From contig CM097886.1 of NCBI GenBank assembly GCA_044892525.1, positions 60,698,001 to 60,762,000 on the forward strand: a stretch of DNA of 64,000 bases, in the 5' to 3' direction. Below the pieces are notes generated by a model. The model was not told the origin of the DNA, ran no database searches, and was given only the letters and a program-made list of their open reading frames with translations. This DNA comes from Schmidtea polychroa. Its lineage: Eukaryota. Both the position numbers and the translations under genes were made by a program. How positions within the stretch are numbered: position 1 is the stretch's first letter; each line of letters starts with the position of its first letter. Shown here piece after piece: positions 1 to 12,500 of this stretch.

Positions 1-2399
1 AATAAAATAACTGCTTTTATCCAAATGCATTTATTCCAAATTCATTTGGATAAATCATAAAAATGATAATACTGGTTTAGTTACAATTTTTAACTTTAAA
101 GCATTAATATATTCAATCATTAAAATTATTCATTACTTTCCTGAATGAAATATAAATGGAATTACATAATATATTCTATTTTCAATAATAGTGACCATAA
201 ATTATTAAAGTTACAAAAAAACATACTTTAATTTAAAAAATTATCGGTTGTCTAGTTGATGTAAGGGTTATAGTGAGTAGTTCAAGAATTATATTTTTAA
301 AATTGAATTTGATCACTTCCAAGATTTTAGTGATCAATATCCATCATTATAGACATTCATCTTTATCATCAAACTTGTTACAAAACTCTGCAGCTGAATT
401 TAATCACCGTTTAATTCGATTCATCACATACCAAAATACATACATTTTAAAATTCAATTTTCGTTCATATAAAATTCAAACATTTAGTAAATTTAGTAAA
501 ATAATCATTTAAAACTAAATATATAAAAAATAATATGATAAATAGATATTTTGGCTATGCTTTTCATCAAAATGCTAGATTTTAATATATATTTGCATTT
601 GATTTTTTAAAATTTTAAATTATTATCTTTTAATGTTGTGCCACATCTCTCAATATCAATTTTTAATGGCTGTAAAGCCGTTATCTCATTCTTAATTACT
701 AAATATTCCTTCTCCGAAATATTCTCAATATCGAGAGTAATCAATTTAATATCCAAAAATGCTTTTAATATCCATGATTTTAAGGAAATAAACGGCTCCT
801 GCAGTCCAAGAAAGTTATTTCACCTTGTCTTTACATTCAATACCAATTTAAACTCGTTATTGTACTCCATTTTTGCGTATTTTTGAATTTCGTTTTGAAG
901 AGGGGATTTACGAAACATTCATATTATATTCCGGACTTTATGAATTTTTTACCAATGTTGGCCTAAAACTGAATTTAATACCCAAACATTAAGATTGTGA
1001 CGAAATGTGTCGTTACACAATATGCATACCTAGCAGTAATAAAATTTAAAATGAAATATAGTAAACATCAAATAAACAGATATAATAAAGAAAATAATCT
1101 ACAAAAATAGAGACATCCAAATTAAAAATAAAATAAAGACACGAGCAAGAAGTATTGCACCAAACCTATTCATATACAACCTAAAAATACATTACAACAA
1201 TAAACGAATTCGAATTAAGGCGAAAGAGCAAAAAACAACTGAAATCAGATAAATTTCCATAAAAGTATGATAGTAAGACCAAATTATATAAGAAAACAAA
1301 TATCTATCATGAAGGCAAATTTAATAAAAAATAATTCAAAAATAAAATTTTAAAAATAAAAACAAAAACTATTGCACAAAAATCGCCATCAAAATTGAAA
1401 AAAAATTTAAAGTCGAATGTTCTAGAATTTAAATAATTCGAGTTTATTTTACTGCATCAGTGCACCCACACATGCTTGCACCCCAAAAAAACTAAGAGTA
1501 AGGAAGATTTCCTATCATTTTCCTATCATTTCCTACCATTATTCTCATAATTATATTATATGAAATTTTATTTTTAATTCTTTTATTTTTCGTTATTGCA
1601 AGAGTGACTAGAATCCTTGCGTTATTTTTATGCGCAGAATTCTAGCCAGTACTGATCTGATTAACTGAAGTAATCATCATCGTTGTTTGCTCCACAACCC
1701 ACATCAACTATGTAAGTCTACGACCAAGCACGCACCAAATTAATAATTCCACTATCACCGGAGGTCCTACCGACTTCGTGGGCTAATTGTTCTCGGTGGT
1801 GGCCGGCATAGTTATTCGGCTGTGTCGGCTAAAATTAACTTAAGTAATTATGTCCGAAATCATAACACCTTTTGCTGCAACGTTGGCGGCAACATAACTC
1901 TAGGGCTTATCATACCGAGTCCAGTTTGGCCGGGAAAATGGGTAAATTTTAATTAATTTCACTTTTCTCACATTAATATCACATATCTTAATTTTACATT
2001 TAACTATTTTTACATAATACACTAATGGTTCACTCTCTTATGTTGAGCACGGCTAACGGAGGTGAACAAATAACCTATATATTGACTCAATTTCTCAACA
2101 ATACGACAGTAATTAATGCGAAATTGTAGTCGGTTAAACCTAAATAATTTAATTATTTTCAGATTTTTATTTTTATCAAATAACAGGAAGATCCCTACCC
2201 AAATATTTCCCCGATAACTATGGTCTTAGGAATTTCGGATTTCCAACCTTTTCAGCAATCACCTCTACTAATTGTACTAGCTATTCGATTTTCATAAACC
2301 GAAATTTTTATATTCAAAGAGTCAACTACCATACAGCCAATAATAATAATTAAAATACATTTTATCATTCTATGTGTGAAGTCCATCTCCACCCGCTTA

Positions 2400-3178
2400 T
2401 AATATATAAATGTTATGTCTACATCTAGGCTCAGTGTAAAATTCTACTTTATTAGATCCATAGGTTGATTTACTAAGTAATATACTTTTTATTATTTTAT
2501 ATATATATAAAATTTATTTTATTTATTCATGATATGCAAATTTTATACCCATAGCTATGTTTCATTCAAAATTCTACCTCATGATATCTCTAAGCCGACA
2601 ATAATAAGTAAAATTCTTTTCATTTATAAATCTTGACCCATTTATGATAAATAAGTTTTATGTCTATTTCTATGTTTCGTGGAAAATGCTACTTTACTAT
2701 ATCTATAGGTCGATAATACTAAGTAAAATTGTTGGGTTATTGGGTTGTTGATAAAACTTTTGATTTCTCAATATGACTCCAAGCAGTGGCGTAACTAGGG
2801 GGGGGCAGGGGGAGGGGACATTTGTCCCCGGGCGCCAAAATTAGGGAAGCCAATTTGGAACAAAAATTAAGTAATAAATTATTCTTAAGATCTAAGAGAT
2901 TAATATATTTTTTATTACTTCATTAGTTTCGTATTTATCGTATTTAAGAGCAGCTATGACTCAAACACGGCTGAACGATTTAGCTCTTCTTAGTATAGAA
3001 AGAGAAATGTTTGAAAAAATTGATTTTAATGAGATTATAGATATTTTTGCCACGACAAAAGCCAGAAGAATTAATATTTAAACTGTATTTTGTCTAAGTC
3101 AATAAATATTATTTATACGCTTATTAAAATCTGTTAAACCTGTTTCGTTATTCGTCATTAATATTCTTTAAAGAAATT

Positions 3179-3213
<35 letters not shown>

Positions 3214-3990
3214 GGGCGCTAATTTCTCAGTTGCCCCCAGGCGCAAGAACCTCACGGTACGCCACTGACTCCAAGCGTGTCTTTGACTGACCGACAAATA
3301 ACACTTGACAACAGAAATCTTTATTGGTAATCACAAATAACTTTCACTTTACACTGACAATCAATTCAACACTCTGCTTGGTGACTATACTATGCTTATT
3401 ACAACACTCAGTGAGGAATAGCACTTGTGTATAACACCGGATTGAAAGATCATTAATTACTGATTGGTTTATCAACTGGGACTTTGAGCTAGTTGTTTTC
3501 TTTGACCTTCTTTACAACTTTATTCAAATACTTGATTAACATCTTTTCTTTTAATTTGCCAACTAATTCTTTTCTTCAAGATACGGCTTTTTTTCCATAT
3601 TTTGTTTTTCTGGAATTTGAAATTCCACCTTTATTTGTACTTCCTTATTAACAATGACCTTTGTTTTAATTTCTTGTTTGTTTTCTTTCCTTTGATTTAT
3701 CTTTCTCATTTTTTAATTTCTTTTGACTTCCATTTTCTTTTATGAGTTCCCATAAATCGTCCTGTTTATCATGACGAACTTCCCCCATGTAATTTATTTA
3801 TTATCTTATTTATCATTTAGGTATTCTCAACAAAATGTTTTTCATTATTATATACCTAAACCTTAGCTTATTTATTTTCGATATACAAATTTTATACCCA
3901 TAACCATGTTTCATCCAAATTTCTACCTTAAGTAGTTTTCCCTAAGTTGATAATAATAAGTAAAATGTTTTTTATCATTATATATCTAAA
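2400..3990. repeat. Degenerate repeat units of an unclassified element, interrupted by the hAT MITE at 2784-3267
   Basis: Related units ...ttttatacccata(g/a)c(t/c)atgtttcat(t/c)caaa(a/t)ttctacct...aataataagtaaaat near 2540-2620 and 3890-3970. Shorter ctacttta...ataggt...ctaagtaa motifs at 2440-2480 and 2690-2730. Confidence 0.4.
2784..3267 (+). mobile_element. Non-autonomous hAT deletion derivative (MITE-like)
   Basis: Perfect 10-bp TIR CAGTGGCGTA/TACGCCACTG. Perfect 8-bp TSD ACTCCAAG (2776-2783, 3268-3275). 2941-3080 encodes the hAT transposase C-terminal tail YLRAAMTQTRLNDLALLSIEREMFEKIDFNEIIDIFATTKARRINI*. Confidence 0.92.
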
Positions 3991-5485
3991 AATGTACGCC
4001 CAATGCACTTAAAAAATCTGATTTCATTTTACATTTCCCATCATTTAAACAAAAATTAAAATTATTGAATACCCAAGGTTAAATTAAAACATCTAGAAAG
4101 TGAAAGAATAGTAGCGATTAATAATGACCTCTGCTACTGATTTGATTTAATGAAATAATTTTCATAATGATGTCCATTTTTGTAACTGTTGAATCAAATT
4201 AAATGAAACTAAATATATATTATTTGTTAAATAAACAAAACTGTAGGGAATCGCGTAAAATGGCCGCCAAACATTACAATTAAAATAATATCACAAATCC
4301 ATTTAGTCATATGTTGTGATCTTAATCAACTGTTCGTGGCGACCATCTTTGAAATAGAACAATATTTTCTATTTGATTCGACTCTGGAATCGGTTTTAGA
4401 TTCACAATTTATTTTTCATTTGACATTGAGGAGATAATCTTTAATAAACTCATTGCAGGTATTTATTTTATTTCATTAAATTACTTTTTAAAATTATTAT
4501 TTTGATCCAATTTGATCTGTTTTCATGTTTTGATGATATTTCGTTTATTTTCATTTTGACAAAAGATGGAAAATTTAATTCCAGTCAACAAAAATTTCAG
4601 GTTTGTATTTATCAATCGTTATTTATTATCAAAATGAAAATAAATGTAATCTCATTTTAAAATTATATATCAAATGTTTTTTAAAAAATTCTTGAGATAC
4701 AAAGATATTTTTTATTTATTAATTTAGTAATAAAAATGATATTTAATAATTTTAAAAACTTAAGTTATTTAGTATTGACGGTTAGAATAATTTATTTTTA
4801 TATTTTTTAATTATGTTTTAATAATGTTAATTTAAAATTTTTTAAATTAATTAAAGCTATTAAGAATGTTAGTGGTATCTTCGACTAATCAGGACCAAGT
4901 TTTACACAGTTACTCTTAAGGAAAATTAGAAATAGATGACTGGAAGACAAGACCAAGAGATCTCAAAAATTTCCACTCGAAATGTTTTTCTAGCAATGTA
5001 ACTTGTGCAATATCTTTTGGTTTGAAAATTTCAATAAACATCTTGTAAAATTTAATTTTTGCATATTATAATTACTTCAAATAAGGAAATTGTTTAAATT
5101 AATTAAGACCGTAAAAACCACTTTTTTCTTTTAGTGAATAGTTGAAATATCCTTATTATTATTTTAATTATTATTTTAAATATTATTTTATTATTAAATA
5201 TAATTAAATTGTAATTATTTGAATTTTTAATTTTCAATCATTCAGCAACCCCTCCAGCATCGACTCACGAACCCCATTTTTGAGGTCACTGCTTTTAATG
5301 GGCAAAAGCCGTTAGAAATAAAATTAATCGATAATTTTCGAAATTTTCAAGAAAAATATAAAATCTTACAAATAAAAATATTTTGGCTATATTTAATATT
5401 TAAATAATTAATTTTCGTTTTTCAAAAAAAAATAGAAAAAGCCATTGATTAAAAAAAAAATTTTGATCAACTTAAACATCATGTG

Positions 5486-5487
<2 letters not shown>

Positions 5488-5541
<54 letters not shown>

Positions 5542-5550
5542 AATAATAAT
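5488..5550. repeat. (ATT)n/(AAT)n microsatellite
   Basis: Direct reading of the sequence. Confidence 0.95.
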
Positions 5551-5586
5551 GATAATATTATTTTTATAAATTTTACTTTTCAGATA

Positions 5587-5814
5587 ATGGTGGCCAATGA
5601 ATTTTTTAGTCTAATTAATCGGCTCAATGCTGTCCACAATTATGGACTGGAAGACTTGGCAGATAAAATGAGTTCCATTTTTAGTGTACTGATTCTGTCA
5701 ATATGCGTTTCGATAGTGACAATTAAGTCCTACGTTATCAAACCCATCTCCTGCTATTTAAGTACGGGGCCTTCTGGAGGGAACTTTCAGGATTATATAG
5801 AAAATTATTGCTGG
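5587..5814 (+). CDS. inx: Innexin, coding exon 1 (76 codons)
   Basis: MVANEFFSLI...EDLADKMSSIFSVLIL...KPISCY...IENYCW is a flatworm-type innexin N-terminus with TM1 and first-loop cysteines. Donor GTGAAT at 5815 (phase 0). Acceptor ttttcAG ends 3 nt before the ATG. Confidence 0.92.
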
Positions 5815-7887
5815 GTGAATTTATTAGTCTGCTCTCAATTATTTATTTGTGTAGAACTCATTTTACAAAAATATTCATCAGCTCTGAATTTAAGGATCAA
5901 ATTTGAATTTCATATAATTTATTTTAATATTTATTCTAAAATGTGTGCAATAAGTTGATATTGTAATTTGCACTTTAGCTTCACAGGAAATATGTCCCGC
6001 ATAAAATAAAAGTGGAATATGAATAAATTAAAAATAAAAAAGAATAATAGATTTTTATAAAATTATTAATATCCAACCGATATATTGTTTCTTTCGGTGC
6101 ATAGAATTTGCAATAGAATGAATATTTCTAAGATTTTTAGTTAGAAAGTATTTATCCCAAATCCAGCATCAGAAGGACATAAATTCGAGACATACAATGG
6201 CATATTTTCATGACTCTTCCTCTTTCCTGTCGCCTCTTATCATCCTAGTTGTAACTTATTGTATTACCAATTAAACATATATTATTTTTCTTTTAATATA
6301 TAATAGTTTCTATGGTATTTCAATGCCATTTCTTCCATGGTTACCAATATATTTCATCGATTTTTTCAATTATTAATTTTTTTGTTGATTTAAATAAAAT
6401 AATAAACACTCAGTATCTCTAATTCCTTGTGTTCTGTGATAATAAATTATTGACATGTTACGATTTTGTGCAATTGAATTGTTTTATTAAATAGATTATT
6501 GTCTCTTCGAGATTTTGCAAAATAATAACATTATCAACATTTCATATCAGCCAAATGATTTCGGTGATTATTAAGATGCTATTCTCTTTGTTTAAAACTT
6601 TTTCAATATATGAAATGATTTTTCAAATTTCTTTTCTCACAATTATTTCTTTTGTCCTAACTTTAGTTTCTCTTTTGTTTCCTATATGAGGCTAAAATCT
6701 GATTTATTATGTCACTTTTCTTGTTATATTTGAACTATTGCTATAAATAATGGATTTAGGCTGAAATAATTTCAGACAATCTTCTAGTAATAGATCTCTC
6801 GGTTTTCATCAGAAAATAAACTTAAATTAATTAATAATCATTATGGTTTAAATTTTAAAATATTGCCATTGATCATGTTTTTATTATAATGGCCCTCAAA
6901 ATTCCAATTTTTTATTTTTTCGCTTGTTTTTTTCGGGTCTTTCGCTCAGTTAAAATCCGAAAAAATAATCATTTATTGATTTTCTACAGAATCACACTTA
7001 TCTCTTTTTCTTATCTGATTATGCACTTTTTTAATCCTGCTCTATTTAATTTCTTTACATTTTCACATCTATTTCATTTGGTTTCCATTCAATTTTAATG
7101 TAAAATAATTTCAATTTTTCCACTAACCAAAATTTTAATTTTAATTTAATTTAAAAATTATTATAGAAAGACTTAAGTGACTTGACATCTTTTTACTAAA
7201 TATTTTCGATTATTGTTGATTTTTAGATTTTTTTTACCTAAAAATAATTTATTAAAACATAAAATATGACATATGCCTATCTAATTGTATGAAATGTCAT
7301 TCTCCTAATTTTACTTTTGTTACCATATCATATGTTAGATATTAAAATAAAAAATGAATTTTTAATTAAATATGTAAGCTAGATGAACGAAGTGAGGCAA
7401 AATGATGATGCTCAAACAGTTAGTCTTTTAAAAATGTACCAATGTTAAAAGATGGAAAAGTATTACAGTTTTTAAAACTAAAATACAACATAATTGGAAA
7501 TAATAGGTATAGAATAAATATACATGTGGACGATAACGAATCAAACAACTATTGGTGACAATCAATTGATGATGGTAATGACAATGTGACCTCGATATGA
7601 TAACGACATTGTGATTTGATAATAATGACAATTTTTTCTATTTTATTTTATGTAGCCTTGTTTGGATTTTTGTTTTTATATATATTGCATTTATGCAAAA
7701 ACCCTTAAATTTTAAAGGGAACCCGCTTAATTAGAAAAATACTTAATAATACATTTTTTAATTAAAGATTTTGTATTTCCATAAAAGGCTAAAACAAAAT
7801 AATTTTTATTGACGCTAGGCGTTATTGATTTCAAAAAAAATGTTTTAGTACAATTGAATCCGCATGTGCAAAAACAATCTTATAATA

Positions 7888-7939
<52 letters not shown>
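7888..7939. repeat. (AAT)n microsatellite
   Basis: Direct reading of the sequence. Confidence 0.95.
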
Positions 7940-7943
<4 letters not shown>

Positions 7944-7984
7944 GATAATTAATAAATCGATTTGTAAGAAAATTTTTTTCAATT

Positions 7985-8103
7985 TTCCCCACTGATTTCT
8001 TTTCAATTGACATTTGTCTTTATTAAAAAACTTGACTGTGAATCAGTAAAGATATCGATGTTGTTTTGATATCTTTACGAATTTATAGTCAAGTTTTTTA
8101 ATA
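7985..8103 (-). repeat. Dispersed repeat with palindromic end, copy A
   Basis: The reverse complement of about 7985-8065 matches 12221-12310. 8022-8103 is an imperfect palindrome (ttattaaaaaacttgact...agtcaagttttttaataa). Confidence 0.7.
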
Positions 8104-8731
8104 ACTAGATTATAAGTAGATTATAAATAGATAATGATAAATAGATAAATGATAATAGTTAAGGAATATATCTTTAGAGGTATCAAAACTATAATGAAAA
8201 TAATAATAAGAAGAAGATTATGACAAATAATATATCTGTATGGTTAACATAGGGAAAAGATGATTCAAAAATTATAATGATATACAGATACCAACCTATA
8301 ACAGACCCTTCTAACCTCACAGATACTGCACATAGTTTCTTGTAATTTTTGCTTTTTTTATTTTTAAGATATTGAGAACAAATCTGTAGCAGAAATCATC
8401 TTTTCTCAAAATATTTCTTTATCTTTTTTCAAAATTCCTTTAAATTTCACAATGAATTTAATTTCCTTGGGCAAAATAATTCATGTACTGTTAGATTTGT
8501 CTCAACAGCTGGTAAAGATTTCCATGCCACTTGGCATTCTCTGTTTATGAATGCCAGTGATTCAGATTTTGCTGTAAATAGTACGAACGCGGTCACTTAT
8601 CGACATGGAACCAAAAAAGAGATTCATTTATTTATTTAGAAAATATTTATTTTACAATTTAAGATTTTTTTTATTATTTTTCCTTTTGATTGTCTCGTAA
8701 TTCTGTGGATAAACTTTTGTAACTGTTACAG

Positions 8732-8819
8732 ATTCACGGCACCATTCAACTGTATCCAGATCAGAGGTTATCCGATTATCAAGCAGGATGGGATGAGTTG
8801 GAAAAAACTCAAAAAATAA
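8732..8819 (+). CDS. inx: Innexin, coding exon 2
   Basis: Acceptor ttacAG at 8730-8731. IHGTIQLYPDQRLSDYQAGWDELEKTQKI completes the ENYCW-IHGT motif. Donor GTGATT at 8820 (phase 1). Confidence 0.88.
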
Positions 8820-8867
8820 GTGATTTTGCATTAGATATATGTGTGTGACCTGCCACTTAATATTTAG

Positions 8868-9865
8868 ATTATTACCAATGGGTCCCTTTTATTCTTGGTT
8901 TGCAATGTATTATGTTTTACATTCCAAAATTAATATGGCAGATGTTTTGCTTCAATCAAGCAGGAACAAATCTTGATACAATTATTAAATTATCAATGAA
9001 AATGGCGGAAATACCGATTAGTGAAAGGCGAGCGGAAAACGAGAACATTGCAAAAATTATTGAGAACATGCTAGTTCTCCACAGGGACTACCGAAACAAT
9101 AAAATGGCGAACATTCGGCGATCCATGTTTAGTAAGTGCAGTTTATTCATGAGTAGTAAACGATTGGGAACGATGCTTGTGTTTTCGTATTTTTTAACAA
9201 AATTGTTATATCTAACCAATGGGATCGGGCAGCTGTTTATGATTCAATCCATTTTGGGATTTTACAATTACCTACCGACCTTTGGATCGCATCTTTTCTG
9301 GTACATTCTATCAGGAACTGAATTGGAAACTCAAAACTATTTCCCAAGAGTGGTATTTTGTTATTTGAAAAGAATCCGCCACGTTGGTGCACACAATAAC
9401 TACGTAGCTCAATGCGTCCTCCCAGTGAATATGTTAAATGAGAAAATTTATACATTTCTATGGTGTTGGATCTTACTGGTGGCATTTGTTACATTTATTA
9501 GCATACCTCTTTGGATTCATAGACTGTACAGAACCGATGTCAGAGAAAATTACATTGGAAACTTTCTGCAAATGCTCAATTCATATGATGAACAGAAAAA
9601 GCCGTTAATACACAAGTTTATCAATGACTTTCTCAGGCACGATGGATTGTTTTTGTTGCGCATGATTTCAAACAATGCCGGCGACTTAATCGCTGCCTAT
9701 TTGGTAAACAATTTGTGGGAGATTTATTTAAATAAATATCAAAACAGAAATTTGAAGAAGGATATTTTTTCAGTGTCAAATCAATTGAAAATAGACGAAG
9801 CAAATAACTCAAGTTCTAATAGCCAAAACCTTTACCAAGGTTCACCTATCATGAATTATCTGTGA
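8868..9865 (+). CDS. inx: Innexin, coding exon 3 (spliced protein about 437 aa)
   Basis: After a 48-bp intron (8820-8867, containing an in-frame TGA) the frame reads N-YYQWVPFILGLQCIMFYIP...FPRVVFC...QCVLPVNMLNEKIYTFLW...FLRHDGLFLLRMI, all innexin hallmark motifs. Stop TGA at 9863-9865. Confidence 0.95.
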
Positions 9866-10147
9866 TAAGATTTATTGCTAAAATTTACTATCTTAGATGA
9901 TTATTTTTTTGATTTTTTGATGTAATTGATTAAATTTTTAATAGAACTTGTGCATATACTTAAATGAGATGCCAATTATTTATCTAAAAAATTTTTGTTG
10001 AATTTAAATTCATTCGAATTTCAGTTTTTAAAGGTGAGACAGTGTGATAAAAATATATTGAAATTTTTCAACTGATAATGAAGCTCAAAAAGCAATGAGG
10101 CATTATCTGCCTATCACGAGTTTGTTATGGAAGAGACCTATTTTATT

Positions 10148-10690
10148 TTAGTCGGAATCATTATTCTCATCCTTACAATTGTTACAAACCATCTCAACTG
10201 AAGAATGGTTCTTGCATGTAAAGGACTGGCAACGGCAACACTTCATTGATGCTGAGGATCTTTTCTTATCCACTGCACATAACCGACAAACACCGCGTTT
10301 TGGAAGGCTTCTGTTTTCTTCTTCTGTTATCGGTTCAACTTCCCGACTGTAATTCACTTTGAGAAAAGCAGTGATATCTTGCGGTAGATGTTTGACATTT
10401 GATCTAAAGATAAAATGCTCTTTCATCATAGTCAATGCCAAACTTTTTAGAAAAATCCTTCGATGCTTTGGAGCCTTTCCTGGACAAGCAAATTTATATA
10501 AAATTTGAGCATTTATGGCTCCAATATTCAAAATAGTGTAGAAATACGTAGGAAAACGTCTAAAACAAAAACAAAAATACATTTAGCTACAAAAGAAACA
10601 ATATAAATGAGAAATAAATAGTAAGAAAGTAGTTTGTTTAATATACTTTCACTTTAAGGCGCGTGTCGTAAAATTTACGCTCAACGGAAA
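10148..10690 (-). mobile_element. piggyBac transposase C-terminal remnant
   Basis: FYTILNIGAINAQILY...RRIFLKSLALTMMKEH...RGVCRLC...KCCRCQSFTCKNH...CNNC is the PGBD-type C-terminus with its Cys-rich domain. A possible terminal motif (gtcgtaaaatttacg) lies at 10665-10679. Confidence 0.8.
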
Positions 10691-10712
10691 TTTAAAATGG
10701 TTTTATTTGTCA

Positions 10713-10960
10713 TCAATCCCATATTTTTTCAAAAGATTCGTTCTCGTTTAAGGTTATTTTGTTTAACGTTATGAAAACTTGGAACGCATCTATCACAGTA
10801 TTAGGGGGAACCACACTTCCATCTTCAATAATATTGTTTCGAAGACATGCTTCTTGCATATTAATCATTTGAACTATTTGTTTTTGTCTATTATCAATCA
10901 ATTTAAACACAATTAATTAACTTGATTAATTACCTTAATAAAAATTCCAGAATTTCTTCG
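10713..10960 (-). pseudogene. Unknown ORF remnant immediately downstream of the TBP-like gene
   Basis: ORF-track fragments (MISYPITDEEILEFLLR*; FKLIDNRQKQIVQMINMQEACLRNNII...). No family recognised. Confidence 0.3.
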
Positions 10961-11430
10961 TCTGTTATAGGATATGAAATCATTGAATTTATAAAATTAT
11001 GAACTTTTTGGACTTGATTGAAATAATCTAAATTTTTAATTCTTAATATTACTACTTTGCCACTTCTAAAACACATTGGCACAAAAAGGGTTGTACTTGA
11101 GGGTTCGGAAAGCTGGAAATATTTCAGGTACATTGTAGCAATTGGTTTTCATCAACAAGACATTTAAATCAATAGAAGACGCAATCTATCTAAGGTTAAT
11201 GTAATTGATTGAATTTGTAATTCTTAATCTGATACTTGAGATCTCCTTCTTGTAATAGTTTCTTACATCCCATTACCCTATATTTCCCCGCTCTTGAAGA
11301 ATAGGATTGGACATTTTCCGATTCTGTCCACAACATGTTGAGGTTTACCTGTCGGGAACTTTATTCCTTCTACTAAACATCTTCCTCTATAATCGATATT
11401 TCCTCTTATTTTTGATATTACTCTAATTAT
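10960..11430 (-). pseudogene. TATA-binding-protein-like (TBP-fold) pseudogene
   Basis: Manual reconstruction across several single-base frameshifts: ...GKPQHVVDRIGKCPILFFKSGKYRVMGCKK...KIQSITLTLDRLRL-IDLNVLLMKTNCYNVPEIFPAFRTLKYNPFCANVFRSGKVVILRIKN. This parallels both TBP repeats (TALIFSSGKMVCTGAK; KIQNMVGSCDVKFPIRL; YEPELFPGL; VLLIFVSGKVVLTGAK). Confidence 0.75.
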
Positions 11431-11469
11431 AAACAAATAAAATAATTTAATTAAAATATAATTAAGAAA

Positions 11470-11662
11470 TGATGCAATATATCAAATTGTAGGACCTAGT
11501 GGTAGTGGAAAAACTTTATTTGTATATAATTTATTACAATAAAATTAATTAAAATTTATTACCATAAAGGTGCAGATGAAGAACACGGTTTGACTCAAAA
11601 CAGTTTCTGTAAATTAAAAATGACAATAATTAAAGGATTTGATAAGAATTGGTCATCTAGAT
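11470..11662 (+). pseudogene. Maverick packaging ATPase (A32/FtsK-like), N-terminal part
   Basis: DAIYQIVGPSGSGKTLFVYNLL with Walker A at 11492-11515. Ends ...NWSSR at the hAT insertion site. Confidence 0.85.
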
Positions 11663-12220
11663 CAGTGTTTCTCAAAATGGGCCCCAGGGCCCACATGTGA
11701 ACTTGAGTAAAAATATTGTGGACCTAGAGAATGAATTTATCCCGTGGTGGGCCGGAAAAATTTAATTTTTGAAATATTATTAAATTTTGGAGTATGGAAA
11801 GAAGAACTGTCGTAAATTTCTTCTGAAATTTACGACAGCTCTTCTATCATTTAACCTAAATTTTGTTAAATATTATTAAATTTTTAAATATATTACAATT
11901 ACTATTAAATTTTTAATTTATACATCAAGTTTGAACAAAGTTTGACAAAATAAAATGATTTTTTAAATTATTTTGTGAAGCCTAACTGTTTTTCAAACTT
12001 GACGTATAAATTAAAAATTTATTTATTTTATCATTTGCTGTCGTTTTCTTATATTTCAGTTATGTCACTTGTAAAAGAAAAAAAAGAGGAAGATAACGAG
12101 AAGCTATCAAAATGATATTTTTGATTTTTGGTTTCTAACCTTTAAGCATCAGTTCTGATAAACTAGAATGTGTTGAATTTGGTTTAATTATGACAAACGA
12201 TTCAATGAAAAAATCTAAAA
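11663..12220 (+). mobile_element. Charlie/Buster-type hAT, 5-prime end, copy 1
   Basis: Starts CAGTGTTTCTCAAAATGGGCCCCAGGGCCCAC directly after ATCTAGAT (an NTCTAGAN-type target). Highly similar to 18856-19160. Encodes a degenerate transposase N-terminus. Confidence 0.85.
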
Positions 12221-12500
12221 ACATCAATATCTTTACTGATTCATAGTCAAGTTTTTTAATAAAGACAATGTCAATTGAAAAGAAATCAGTTGTGAAAATA
12301 GAAAAAAGTTCTCATAAAAATAATAAAATTGTGAAAAAGCAAGGACTTGCATACGAAACATATTTAAAAAGTACGAAAATAACACAAATCGTCGAAAAAA
12401 GACACAAAAAAAGCAAAAATCAGAGTGATCAGATTGCGATCATTCGACCAGTCACAAAGAAAAGAAAAAAAATAAATTTAAAATAAAAAAAAAGAATTAA
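12221..12500 (+). repeat. Dispersed repeat, copy B (inverted relative to copy A)
   Basis: acatcaatatctttactgattcatagtcaagttttttaataaagacaatgtcaattgaaaagaaatcagt is shared with copy A. Both copies produce spurious ORFs starting MSIEKKSV. Confidence 0.65.

Noticed and set aside
600-1010. Possible minus-strand transposase remnant (LQEPFISLKSW...)
   Set aside because: Too degenerate to assign.
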